From a virus (Duplodnaviria > Caudoviricetes), in the IMG/VR virus record IMGVR_UViG_3300047667_000954, positions 1 through 55,900 of that record: a stretch of DNA of 55,900 nt. One strand, 5' to 3'. The stretch's first letter is position 1. The number at the start of each line of letters is the position of its first letter. The translations under genes were made by a program, and so were the position numbers. This document shows, in pieces, positions 45,189-55,221 of this stretch. The notes beneath the pieces are model-generated. The model worked only from the letters and a program-made list of their open reading frames with translations. It did no database searches and was not told the DNA's origin.

Positions 45189-45217
45189 AGTATACAATAT
45201 CCTGGGCGTGATGTCAA
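45189..45217 (-). promoter_or_regulatory. sigma70-type promoter
   Basis: TTGACA-17-TATACT on the - strand; AAGGA SD before ATG 45171. Confidence 0.75.
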
Positions 45218-45230
45218 ATGTAAGAATCTA

Positions 45231-46550
45231 CTAGCCATAATTCTTCCAAATAAAGTCAAGCTCAGGAAATGTGCCCGGCGTGTCTTCGCCACGTATAGTA
45301 TCAAGTGCTCTGGTTTTATTAACAAATTCTGTCAGGTGGCTGTCTGGTAATTGATGTGCATCCATAAATGTCAACGTGTGATCGATTGTGCCAAATACAG
45401 TGTTTAGTTTAGCAGGGTCATAATTATCATTCAGATGTTTTTTATAATCCATCCATTTTTCACGTATTTGCTGTTTCATATGAACTGGTAACGCTTGTAT
45501 ATTATGATGTTGTGGTGTACTTAAAATATTATAAAAACAGTCATTTGCCCCAAGCAATCCTCGCTGCAAAAAATCCAAGTGCAATTCTGGTAATTGAAAG
45601 ATAGACAAAATTTGTACAGTTGGCGCAATTCTAAACCAGACATTAGGTGCCTCATTTTTAATACGATGACTGTTATCAATTATGTCTTGCCACACTGTAT
45701 CTTTTCGCAATATTTCTGCTCTTGCACCTGATGCATCAATACTAGCAACACATTCTACCCATTCAAAATCTTTCCATAGCTCAACTATATCCTTGCGTTT
45801 GTATATTAACTTGGCCAAGTTTGTACTGTAACGTATTTTTGTTTTGAATAATTTGTTGGTGTGTAAATATTCAATAATACGATAATGCTCGTCCATAATT
45901 AACGGCTCACCACCTGCAAAATACAATTCCTCTACATTAGGCAAATATTCTTCTAACCTATCCAATAAGCCATTTGAATCCTTTACACTATGCATAATTG
46001 CCTTATCACTATTTCCTGTTAGATACTGGTTATCATTATAGTCTTTTTTTAGTTTTTTTGCATCTGCAAACCAGCGGCTACTAGAAAAATGACCACACAT
46101 TCGACACCGCATGTTGCATATATTACTAAAACGGATATCCCAGTAAATGGGTTTGCTGTCAGTGCTAGTACCGTCTGGTGCGGTATTCAGAACCCAGGGT
46201 GCAACAGTTTTTTGAAACTTATTAATTCCATCGATTCGTTGACTCCAATTACCTGTAGCTTCCTTTTCATAACAGGACTTGCAACTTTTATGTTTTTTGT
46301 CAGCCATCATGCTTTGTCGGAACTCACGCATTCCTTCGCCATTCCAAATTTCATCATAGGATAGTTCATTAATATTGCCCATGCTATGCTTATAATCTGC
46401 AATACAACATGGTAACACATCCCCAGAAGTTGCAACGTGCAAATGTGCCCAGGGCATTACACAATAAGCTTTTGTGTTTTCAATAATATCCGCAGAAGTG
46501 GCATTATTTTCAATTAGACTTTTTAAGTCTGTTTTGGAGTCATTTGCCAT
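45231..46550 (-). CDS. radical SAM / SPASM(twitch) protein
   Basis: YCVMPW, LPCC, CKSC; NICNMRCRMC; AGGEP; SID. Confidence 0.88.
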   Translation of the reverse strand: MANDSKTDLKSLIENNATSADIIENTKAYCVMPWAHLHVATSGDVLPCCIADYKHSMGNINELSYDEIWNGEGMREFRQSMMADKKHKSCKSCYEKEATGNWSQRIDGINKFQKTVAPWVLNTAPDGTSTDSKPIYWDIRFSNICNMRCRMCGHFSSSRWFADAKKLKKDYNDNQYLTGNSDKAIMHSVKDSNGLLDRLEEYLPNVEELYFAGGEPLIMDEHYRIIEYLHTNKLFKTKIRYSTNLAKLIYKRKDIVELWKDFEWVECVASIDASGARAEILRKDTVWQDIIDNSHRIKNEAPNVWFRIAPTVQILSIFQLPELHLDFLQRGLLGANDCFYNILSTPQHHNIQALPVHMKQQIREKWMDYKKHLNDNYDPAKLNTVFGTIDHTLTFMDAHQLPDSHLTEFVNKTRALDTIRGEDTPGTFPELDFIWKNYG

Positions 46551-47748
46551 TAAGTGCCTTCTCTCTGTATGGTAATACATTCCCCAAGCTAACCTTATGG
46601 TAGGCAAAAATTGGGTCCTTTAGTATTTGTGTAAATTCGTCATGATTGGGATGGGTGGTCTTCCATATACATTTTTCTTCATATGCTGCGGCATCCCAAG
46701 TGCCCCAATCTGTAACAAGATTAAAACTCAGGCTGGTTGCATTATTATAACGGGACCTGATTAAATCCACAAAGGCAGGCATCTCTCTGAAGTTATCATT
46801 TTGCACTACAAAGTCGTAAGATAGTTTCATGTTTGGATATTCAATTTGGCGTGCATTCAAAAAATCACAATTCTCTAATAATAGATCCCATTTTCCACCA
46901 AGGCGGGTAACATTTTCGTATGTGTGCTTTTGTGCAGCATCATAACTGATTCGGATGTAGCCTAAATTATCATGTATATTTTTAATTTTATCCCACATTT
47001 TAGGAGTAAACATAATACCATTACATTGCATGTTAACGACTAGATTGGGGAAATCACTGCCTTTTAGCGATGTCAACATGTCTCTATAAATCTTACTAGC
47101 AAATGGATCACCGCTGCCTGTAACATGAATACTAAATTTACGGTCAGTAGGCGTGGTTAGAAAATCAGCAATAAGTCGATCGTTTATATGCTTGCGCTTA
47201 TCATACTCTTTGCCAGATGTAAACAATATTTTTCCGATACGACAACTGGGGCATTTCAAATTGCAACTTTCATCATTACTAAAATTAATCTTTGTGGGCA
47301 GTTCTTCCACTATAGTTGACCTATTGGACACCGCTTTAAATTCTGGTATTGCAGATGGGTATTTTCCAGACTCAATAGATTCCAGTGTGGGCAGGCTACC
47401 ATCTTGTATATGTGGACACTGTATATGATTACAATAGTTCCATTTGCCATTAAAAACTTGTTGTCGTAATTGCTGCGCTTTTTCACTATTCCATATTGTT
47501 TTCATATCGTCTTCAAGAATATTACCAATGGAATAAGGAAGCCAGGACGGACAACACATCCATACACGCCCATACATATCTATCTCAACCCAGGTAAATG
47601 GTTTACTGCAATATCGCCCTGTTAAATCTTTTTGCTCAGCAACACTGCCGTTACTGTCTTTTATCCAAACGTCTCCAAAGTCTGGAGTTGATGTTTGGCT
47701 ATTATTCTGCGGCGCAAATGGCCGTATATTAGGTGTGTTCTTGGTCAT
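46540..47748 (-). CDS. radical SAM / SPASM protein
   Basis: YCSKPF, MCC, SCNLKCPSCR, GSGDPFAS. Confidence 0.85.
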   Translation of the reverse strand: MTKNTPNIRPFAPQNNSQTSTPDFGDVWIKDSNGSVAEQKDLTGRYCSKPFTWVEIDMYGRVWMCCPSWLPYSIGNILEDDMKTIWNSEKAQQLRQQVFNGKWNYCNHIQCPHIQDGSLPTLESIESGKYPSAIPEFKAVSNRSTIVEELPTKINFSNDESCNLKCPSCRIGKILFTSGKEYDKRKHINDRLIADFLTTPTDRKFSIHVTGSGDPFASKIYRDMLTSLKGSDFPNLVVNMQCNGIMFTPKMWDKIKNIHDNLGYIRISYDAAQKHTYENVTRLGGKWDLLLENCDFLNARQIEYPNMKLSYDFVVQNDNFREMPAFVDLIRSRYNNATSLSFNLVTDWGTWDAAAYEEKCIWKTTHPNHDEFTQILKDPIFAYHKVSLGNVLPYREKALNGK

Positions 47749-47805
47749 TTCAATGTTCCTGCAGTGCGTGGTAAAAACTTATATTTGTGATCCACGCAAT
47801 TTGTA

Positions 47806-48402
47806 TTACTTTACCCATAATGATCCTGGACTGCAATTACGATTATGTGATGAAAATCCTCGCATAATATCTGCATCTGCCCAGGAAAAATAAGTGTCGC
47901 CTGATTTAAATCTGTCCCCAAATCCAATAGTTCGTTCGTCATATTTAAGTTTCATGCAATATGGATGTTCGTAATTAATGTGCATCCATGTTGCACCGTG
48001 AACATGCATCGCCTGTGCTTCAGCATTAAATTCAGTCATTGCTGCATTGATAAATTGTGTTTGTGTGCGCAACCTGTCAGGGACTGTGACATCAGGTGCG
48101 TCTGGAAACACATCAAAATTAGTTGCGGTGGCGCGCCAGGGTGTGTTGCCTGAATATGTACTATTGCTTCGTAGTTGGTTAATAAAATCATCATGGAATT
48201 TAGATGATTCACTTGCACCTGGTACTACATCACCATTTAACGCATCTCGTGTAACATGTGCTGAGTCCAGTCCGATATTGGCCACTAGCATCCAGCCGCC
48301 GCCATCAGATGTCATGTCACACCAAATATAATATCCCTGTATCTCATACCAACCAGTAACTGCATTTGGATAAAGTTGTTTGATTTGCCATGCATTATTC
48401 AT
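47806..48402 (-). CDS. fibrinogen-like (YCDxxxxGGGW) domain protein
   Basis: IKQLYP...G.YEI...WCDMTSDGGGWMLV. Confidence 0.65.
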   Translation of the reverse strand: MNNAWQIKQLYPNAVTGWYEIQGYYIWCDMTSDGGGWMLVANIGLDSAHVTRDALNGDVVPGASESSKFHDDFINQLRSNSTYSGNTPWRATATNFDVFPDAPDVTVPDRLRTQTQFINAAMTEFNAEAQAMHVHGATWMHINYEHPYCMKLKYDERTIGFGDRFKSGDTYFSWADADIMRGFSSHNRNCSPGSLWVK

Positions 48403-48976
48403 ATTCAGTATAACCTTCCATATCCCAACCATGCGCTTCTTTTAGCTTTTTATTATAAAAGAAACATAGCATGGCTTTGCGACGGTGCGCTTCTAATTGT
48501 ATTTCGTTACCATGCCAATTTTCAAATCCACACGGAAATATAATTCCTGTGTTGGGCAAGTAAGGTGCGTAGTCGACGACTCTGAAATCGTTGTCGACCT
48601 TACGGTAAACACTGGTGCCTAACCAAGGATGTCTGTCATGTTCAGGTTGATATATTACCATAGAAAACACTCTGGGACCGCCGTCCAGATGTGGCCTGTA
48701 ACTGTATCCTTGGTCCCATTCAGTTAATTGCAAATTAAAGCTCTTGACTTCAGGATCCTTTACATGTGTAAATAATTGGTAAAAATATGATTGCAACGGT
48801 GCCATAGCGGCTGCTAGATCAGTACGATCATAGGTAGCATGGTCCAGGCTTCGGTTATATTCCTCTATGGGAAGAATATCCTTTATTACCATATACTCAA
48901 ATGGGGCAGTAATCAATACAGAATTGTTAAATCTGTCAACAATAAAATTATTTAGATAATTTTGATATTCGTTCAT
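48395..48976 (-). CDS. Fe(II)/2OG-dependent oxygenase
   Basis: PHLD, GTSVY, WHG, R. Confidence 0.75.
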   Translation of the reverse strand: MNEYQNYLNNFIVDRFNNSVLITAPFEYMVIKDILPIEEYNRSLDHATYDRTDLAAAMAPLQSYFYQLFTHVKDPEVKSFNLQLTEWDQGYSYRPHLDGGPRVFSMVIYQPEHDRHPWLGTSVYRKVDNDFRVVDYAPYLPNTGIIFPCGFENWHGNEIQLEAHRRKAMLCFFYNKKLKEAHGWDMEGYTEYE

Positions 48977-49592
48977 GGCTGCTCTTTAAAATCTGTTGTT
49001 GAATAGATGCATCTATGCACAATGCTATTGCGCCCAAGTCGTCCACTTCAACCTTATGCCAAAATTCGCTATATAATGACGATAGATTTTCAACTGTTGA
49101 AAATCTATCGTAGTCAAAACAAACAATATTGCCATTATAGTTAATTGCATTAAACAATTTGTAATCGTGTGCTATAATATATTTATTACCAATTTGGCAG
49201 GCTGCATTTGATTCGATTGCCTGATATGCTGCAACAATACTATCTACTGCAAAATCAATTGAGAAATTATTAATAAGTGAAAATAACAGATCACTGCCTG
49301 GTATCATTTTAAATTGAAAGTACATATGTCCGTTTTTAGTTTTGGTATCTATCCAGATATCATTTAAATAAATGTTCCCAGCATTTTTGAAAGTCATCAT
49401 TGTTTGAAAAAGATGCTGCCCATATAATTCAGTATATGCCTTGACTTTATAGGTATCATCCCAATAGGTATGATGTTGACTTTCCATACCATTCAAGTTA
49501 TCAAACTGTGCAACCTCCCCATTGGGGAATTGTCTGTATTGGCTATTGCTATCAAATGTAGTATTAAATAATTCATTTATGACATCAATCAT
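48948..49592 (-). CDS. kinase-like (APH/choline kinase fold) protein
   Basis: HDYKLFN catalytic-loop-like and FDYD Mg-binding-like motifs. Confidence 0.4.
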   Translation of the reverse strand: MIDVINELFNTTFDSNSQYRQFPNGEVAQFDNLNGMESQHHTYWDDTYKVKAYTELYGQHLFQTMMTFKNAGNIYLNDIWIDTKTKNGHMYFQFKMIPGSDLLFSLINNFSIDFAVDSIVAAYQAIESNAACQIGNKYIIAHDYKLFNAINYNGNIVCFDYDRFSTVENLSSLYSEFWHKVEVDDLGAIALCIDASIQQQILKSSHERISKLSK

Positions 49593-49594
49593 AA

Positions 49595-50875
49595 TTATAC
49601 CATACTACTGAATGGCGGAACCTTACCATCATAATAAAGGCTACCAATGTGCTTTTCAACTTGCGCGCGCCAATCATTATAGTCTTGCTCGCTGTATCTA
49701 AATTGATGCCAATCCCATGCATTGCTGGTCCAAACATAAGCAGTTGTGGGGGCGTTGTTTGTATGCTTGCGCACAAGATCTAACACTGTATCAACTTCAT
49801 CAATAATGTTACTTACCTTATAGATTTTTTCAGCTTGCTGATATGTATGCCACATTGTTTCCCATTCACTATCAGTTATATTTAGGAACTCACGTTCTTT
49901 CCTAATAGTGCTACCTATTAAGTTAATATCACTGCGAATAAAATCACAACTTGGATTGTCTTTTTGATATTGAACATACATGTCTGTCAACGCTGCATCA
50001 GTTATATCTGTATAGTAATGTTGATCAAAATGTTTACGCCAATGAATTTCGCGCGGGCTAATATCAGCATATATCACTCTGGTATCAGTTGTAAATCCAA
50101 ACTTGCACAAGGTATAATATGGTTTAAATCCTGCCGCCACACCAATCCAATAATCCAAAACAAAGTCCTTGTGCATTGTTTTGCCAATATTGTCCAGGGG
50201 CTCTGTATTGGTGACGTAGATCCATTCCAACATTTCTTCTACAGGATAACTTGGCGATTGCAGGCCAGTATATGTGGGATTAACTGGTAGGAGAGTACGC
50301 TGCGGTTTTGCAGTTTGTTTTGATTGTGCATTATCATTTAGGTTAATTTCAAATATTACCCGCTTATTCATTCCATAAAAACTGTCAGGCAATTGCACCA
50401 TATGTTCTTTGTGGTAGAATGTAGATTTAAGGGCGGCAAAATCAGCAGGCCAAAAATGTGCAGGGTTGTCATAATGAATATCACATATTAAGATTAGTTT
50501 TGGATTATAACGAGCAATATAGGCATCAATTATTTCCACAACACGATCTTTATTGTAATAGAACATGCCGCCAAAAATCAAACAATCATAAGATCCCTGG
50601 AAGGGAGGATTATCCCAATCACCTTCTTTCCAATCTGTGTTGGGATATTTTGCGCCTGGGTATTTGGTTGCAAGCCTGTCAGGCACATCAGGCACAATAT
50701 CAAATCCGTGATATGTTATGTTGGTGTCAAGCCATTCCAACGGACGGGCCAAACGACAACCAACATCCAATACACTATTGATACCATGTTGCTGTATTAT
50801 CTGTGCCTGAAGTTTAAACATTGAATTTGCATCAATAGTGTCAAGCGGTTCAAATCTGTCCTCAGGATGGGCCAT
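49595..50875 (-). CDS. class I methyltransferase fused to an uncharacterised C-terminal domain
   Basis: VLDVGC, YHGFD, YDCLIFGGMFYY; second domain VAAGFKP, YADIS, WTSNAW. Confidence 0.65.
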   Translation of the reverse strand: MAHPEDRFEPLDTIDANSMFKLQAQIIQQHGINSVLDVGCRLARPLEWLDTNITYHGFDIVPDVPDRLATKYPGAKYPNTDWKEGDWDNPPFQGSYDCLIFGGMFYYNKDRVVEIIDAYIARYNPKLILICDIHYDNPAHFWPADFAALKSTFYHKEHMVQLPDSFYGMNKRVIFEINLNDNAQSKQTAKPQRTLLPVNPTYTGLQSPSYPVEEMLEWIYVTNTEPLDNIGKTMHKDFVLDYWIGVAAGFKPYYTLCKFGFTTDTRVIYADISPREIHWRKHFDQHYYTDITDAALTDMYVQYQKDNPSCDFIRSDINLIGSTIRKEREFLNITDSEWETMWHTYQQAEKIYKVSNIIDEVDTVLDLVRKHTNNAPTTAYVWTSNAWDWHQFRYSEQDYNDWRAQVEKHIGSLYYDGKVPPFSSMV

Positions 50876-52431
50876 TATAGTTCTTCTTTTGCTTGCTTAC
50901 ATGCTGCATAAAATTCTGTCATTTCAGGAAACACTGCGAGGAAATCAGTATTACGTCTTTTGTCAAGCGTATTTATATAGTCGTAAAATTTGGCTCTGGC
51001 CACACGGATATCTGCATGGCCTTCCCGTTCTGGTGCATTCTTCTTGTTAAAGTACAGCCTATGGTTTACAATCCTAGCAAGTTTGTCCAGTTCATGTGTT
51101 TCAAATCCACCAGGTAGCGGCCAACCTTCAGTAACTGAATGCGCTCCCATGTATTCAATTGCTGGCAACAAATGATCTTCCACCAATTGATGTGTTGCAA
51201 AATGTGCATCCATTTGCTCAGGGTGTCTCAAGTAAGGGATATCCAAACTTACTGTGGTCATATGTGACTTGTTTTTGAGCTTGTGCGTCGCAAAATCCTT
51301 GTTTCCGATTTTGAACCCAGTTTTTTCAGATAATTGTGCAATGGAATTATTTGGACTATGTAGTAGCTTGAGTGCATGGACCCATTCCAACATCTGTTTG
51401 AAGCTAGTAATACTCAGGATATTAAACGCTGACATGATTGTCAGTCTGATGTTATCCATTGCAGCAATTTCTTCAGACCTGGCTTTTAATAGTTCAAAGT
51501 CCAGTCCTGTGCGAGCATACTCTGCACGCGGTCCCCAACCTTCAATACTAGTATACAATGTAATTTTTTTAACACAATCTGTATCACGCATACGTGTTAT
51601 CAATTCTATAAATTGCGCCCATAGTTTGTCTGGCACACTAAAGTTGCTGTTAATTGAAAACTCCATATCAGGTTTTGGATTCGCAATTAACCATTCCATA
51701 ATTTTAAATGTGTCTTTGCTCATTAATGGTTCGCCACCTGTAATACGAAAGTGTTTGAGGTTTGGCATTACATCAGGAACCCATTTCCAAAATGCTTCAA
51801 TGTATGGATTGTGGTCTCGTTTTTTGTAATTCAATGCATCAAGATCAGCGTGGTTATGTTGTTCTGTTTCGTGTGCTGTACCTTCAAGCAACTTGATTGG
51901 CCCATCTTTTTTAAGCTCCTCAACCCATTTGCTGCTAAACTCAGGACCACAATACGTGCATTTTAAATTGCACACATTACTAAAGCTAACCTCAAGATAG
52001 GATGGGTAGATGTTTTCGTCACCAGACAACTTAGTTATTTGATCATGTTGCTCATTTGCCCAGGGTTCAATACTTTTATAAACACGGTCACTGGTGCCGC
52101 CATCATCCTCAATGCGCCAACAATAATCACATTCACTTGGACGGTCATTATTTAACATCTGTTTTCTAGCTTTTTTCAGATGTGAAGTATTGAACAATGC
52201 ACTTGGACTTTTTGCCAATTCATCTAGTGGGATTTTATGTGGTGTAGGATGATGACAACTATGCGTCATTCCTGTACCCAGATGCAATGTAACCTGTGTA
52301 AACTTGGCCAGGCAAAAACCACACCCTGTTGAATCCAACAGGTCGCGCATGTTCGTATTATTATTTGCATTGTTCTGTATCATACCATGGGAATATCGAT
52401 CCCATTTGACATCAGTAAATTTTTTGGCCAT
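50875..52431 (-). CDS. radical SAM / twitch protein
   Basis: FCLAKF, HSCHH, CDYCW, NVCNLKCTYC, TGGEP. Confidence 0.88.
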   Translation of the reverse strand: MAKKFTDVKWDRYSHGMIQNNANNNTNMRDLLDSTGCGFCLAKFTQVTLHLGTGMTHSCHHPTPHKIPLDELAKSPSALFNTSHLKKARKQMLNNDRPSECDYCWRIEDDGGTSDRVYKSIEPWANEQHDQITKLSGDENIYPSYLEVSFSNVCNLKCTYCGPEFSSKWVEELKKDGPIKLLEGTAHETEQHNHADLDALNYKKRDHNPYIEAFWKWVPDVMPNLKHFRITGGEPLMSKDTFKIMEWLIANPKPDMEFSINSNFSVPDKLWAQFIELITRMRDTDCVKKITLYTSIEGWGPRAEYARTGLDFELLKARSEEIAAMDNIRLTIMSAFNILSITSFKQMLEWVHALKLLHSPNNSIAQLSEKTGFKIGNKDFATHKLKNKSHMTTVSLDIPYLRHPEQMDAHFATHQLVEDHLLPAIEYMGAHSVTEGWPLPGGFETHELDKLARIVNHRLYFNKKNAPEREGHADIRVARAKFYDYINTLDKRRNTDFLAVFPEMTEFYAACKQAKEEL

Positions 52432-52456
52432 ATCTTTTCCGTTTCAATTGGGTATC

Positions 52457-53449
52457 TTATATAAAATTAACTACTTGTTCTTCTCGCACCATTGGAGCGG
52501 TCCTTGCAGGATTGATGTATACTTCCTTGAAGAACTTACAGTCTTGTATACTCAGGTCAGCAATCTCTAAGTCAAGTTCCTGCCTGAGTAGGTCTCCCAG
52601 TGCAATGCTACTATCTGACACCAGCATACGGTCCCAGATATATCCTGTGTATTCACATGTTTGTATGCCCATGATTAATTCTCTATGTGCTGCAAACATT
52701 GGTGCAACTTCTTTATACCAATAATTGTTCAACCATTCAAAGTCACGAACATTTTTCCAATCCCATTCATCACGGCGCAGATTCGCCATCACACAGCCCA
52801 GACGAGCGCCGTACAGCGCCCATACTCCATTTTTTGTATCAGCACCCACACTCATCCAAGTTAGCAATCTTTGATAGTTTTTACGGTGAATTTTTTTGAT
52901 GTGTGTTTTGTCCACAACATTACCAGCTTCAAGCGTCATCTTTACGCCTTCTCTGAATCCTGCGCGCCAAGCTTGTAACGGGCTGGCGTTATTATATACA
53001 TGGCTATACACGTTGTTCATTTGTACGTAGTTGATGTTCCAGCAGAAGTCAACCTGAGCACTGTGGTCATTTTCAGGTGCTGCTTCATGTGTGCGCATAC
53101 GTTCAATTACATGCTTGGGCCAGCATTTGATGCCACCGTTTCCATATATAAGTCCGTTTATTTCATTCTTAGCTGCCCAACTAATTACATCATCACGCCC
53201 AATGGTGTCCATATCAATTTCTAAATTAAAGAATTCTGCATCAACAATATTATCTGCATCAATAGTAATTAGTCTGGAGGTCTCGCTAAGCTTGGCAGCG
53301 GCTTTATGTGCGGCATCACTTCCATACACGCCATGGCTGCGCTTTGCCCAGGGACATTTATCCAATAGATCCTGCCAGTTATTATTTGCATTTGGTTCAT
53401 CATAGCTGATAAAAACAATGTCAAAATCATTAATTGGGGTAAGTGTCAT
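52457..53449 (-). CDS. GT-A-like glycosyltransferase
   Basis: FISYDEP, DAAHKAAA, IDADN (DxD), YGNGGIKCW, AWRAGFREGVK. Confidence 0.65.
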   Translation of the reverse strand: MTLTPINDFDIVFISYDEPNANNNWQDLLDKCPWAKRSHGVYGSDAAHKAAAKLSETSRLITIDADNIVDAEFFNLEIDMDTIGRDDVISWAAKNEINGLIYGNGGIKCWPKHVIERMRTHEAAPENDHSAQVDFCWNINYVQMNNVYSHVYNNASPLQAWRAGFREGVKMTLEAGNVVDKTHIKKIHRKNYQRLLTWMSVGADTKNGVWALYGARLGCVMANLRRDEWDWKNVRDFEWLNNYWYKEVAPMFAAHRELIMGIQTCEYTGYIWDRMLVSDSSIALGDLLRQELDLEIADLSIQDCKFFKEVYINPARTAPMVREEQVVNFI

Positions 53450-54401
53450 TTATCTTCCTTTTGGTTACTTTAAGCGTGGGATTTTGATAGATGATATTAA
53501 CGTCGTCAATATCAAAATCAACTAAAAATCTTTCCTGATGCCCCAGTCTCAGTCGACTCATGTCCATTGAAAATTCAGCCAGGTACATATCAGGAGAGTC
53601 GCCCACAACATAAAATGTCATGTGGCGGTGTAATACACCACTTGCTGTTAATTGCTCTGCACTGATATTACTACTTAGTGTAACACAATTATTGTATTGT
53701 GTAAACGCAAGATGTGAACCAGTTTGATTTTTTACAGCTTGCCAAATATGTGGCAAATTAATAGTAGTTACCAGGCTAGTGTCAACATATTCAGCATCTG
53801 TAACTTCAAAATAATAATTCTTAAAATAACGGCGTGTTAGAAAACTTAACTCATAAGGGTTGCTATATCTTGCAACATCACCAATGTGATGCACAATTTG
53901 TCCATTGTGTATAAGGTCGCTCAGGGCAAAGCTTATCGTCTGGATTAAATAATCTGGGTCACCGTCCTTGGTAATATGAAACTCAAGATTATCAGGACCA
54001 TCAATTTGAATTTCACGTCGTATATTTTGTGCAACAAGATGAGAAATCATAGCTTGATTTACTTCAAACACTAACATCTTATTCTTTTTATATAGCTTGA
54101 CCCTTATATCCCATTCTTCAAGCTTATGGTTTGGTAGCAGGTACAAAGCTTCTTCACATATGCGTAACCGCAGATATTCTGACTTGGATACTAATTCAGG
54201 TAGATTACTCACAACATAATTTTGATCACTATCGTTGCCTTTGATAATCTGATGTGCTATGTCATCTTGTGTTACCAAAAGCGGTGCAGTTATATCATTA
54301 CGTATAGCATGGCCAACAGATATTATTTCACCTGTCCAATCATTATAGTAAACATAATATTGCGGATTAGATTTAGCTCGTTTTTGTATTGTAACTGTCA
54401 T
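53430..54401 (-). CDS. hypothetical protein with two internal similar domains
   Basis: 323 aa; FHITKDGDPDYL and FYVVGDSPDMYL. Confidence 0.65.
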   Translation of the reverse strand: MTVTIQKRAKSNPQYYVYYNDWTGEIISVGHAIRNDITAPLLVTQDDIAHQIIKGNDSDQNYVVSNLPELVSKSEYLRLRICEEALYLLPNHKLEEWDIRVKLYKKNKMLVFEVNQAMISHLVAQNIRREIQIDGPDNLEFHITKDGDPDYLIQTISFALSDLIHNGQIVHHIGDVARYSNPYELSFLTRRYFKNYYFEVTDAEYVDTSLVTTINLPHIWQAVKNQTGSHLAFTQYNNCVTLSSNISAEQLTASGVLHRHMTFYVVGDSPDMYLAEFSMDMSRLRLGHQERFLVDFDIDDVNIIYQNPTLKVTKRKINDTYPN

Positions 54402-55221
54402 TTATTTTTCGCATTATATCAGTTGTCAAGAACTGTGGGTAACCGTAATGGAATAGTCCACGCTGTCTGTGATTGTTTATTTTTACTTGCAGATTATTTG
54501 TTACCCAAACAGTGTATTGCTCTTGCCAATTTAACGGATTCTCAATTGTGGGATCAAACAAAAAATTAATTTTTAGGTCATTGTAGTTAAACAATTTTAG
54601 CTTGGGGTAATTTTCACCCAACATGCTTACAGTTATACCGCACATCAAATCAAGATCAAAGTCAGCTGGCCTATATTCAGGTAAGGTAGCATAATAGCTT
54701 TCCCGCCAGGACCGAAATACAGGATCAGCCATCTTAAAAAATTCACTTGCAATTTGACTTTTACGAAAATACACCACCTTTGCATTATATACTGCAATGT
54801 TGTTACGGACATTTGCATGTGTGCGCTCCACATCAGTACATAAAATGCTGCGAAAATCACAGGAGTCAGCAAATGCTATATCAATATCACTTGTCTGATG
54901 CCACAGCATTTCCATATTGTCCAGGGCAATACTATAATTATGTATGGCTATTGTTTCTTCAAAAGGTGTGCAATAATAGATCTGCCACCAATCAATCATT
55001 ATATCATTGTGGCTTGCTTCTGTTCTTTTGAACGGCAATTCCACAATATAATTGAATCCTTCTTCATATTCTGCAGGAACATCAAGAAAATTATTAACAA
55101 CAACGCATGTTTCGCGTAGTGGATCACTGATCTTAAGACTAAGGCTTAACGCATATGCTGCTTTAATATTTTGTATACTACCAGCAGCATCAACACCAAG
55201 AATGATATACCCTTGTTTCAT
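54373..55221 (-). CDS. GT8-like glycosyltransferase paralog (DxD apparently lost)
   Basis: GYIIL, AYALSLSLK, YYCTPFEETIAI, YFRKS..A..FF, FHY. Confidence 0.5.
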   Translation of the reverse strand: MKQGYIILGVDAAGSIQNIKAAYALSLSLKISDPLRETCVVVNNFLDVPAEYEEGFNYIVELPFKRTEASHNDIMIDWWQIYYCTPFEETIAIHNYSIALDNMEMLWHQTSDIDIAFADSCDFRSILCTDVERTHANVRNNIAVYNAKVVYFRKSQIASEFFKMADPVFRSWRESYYATLPEYRPADFDLDLMCGITVSMLGENYPKLKLFNYNDLKINFLFDPTIENPLNWQEQYTVWVTNNLQVKINNHRQRGLFHYGYPQFLTTDIMRKINDSYNTKTS

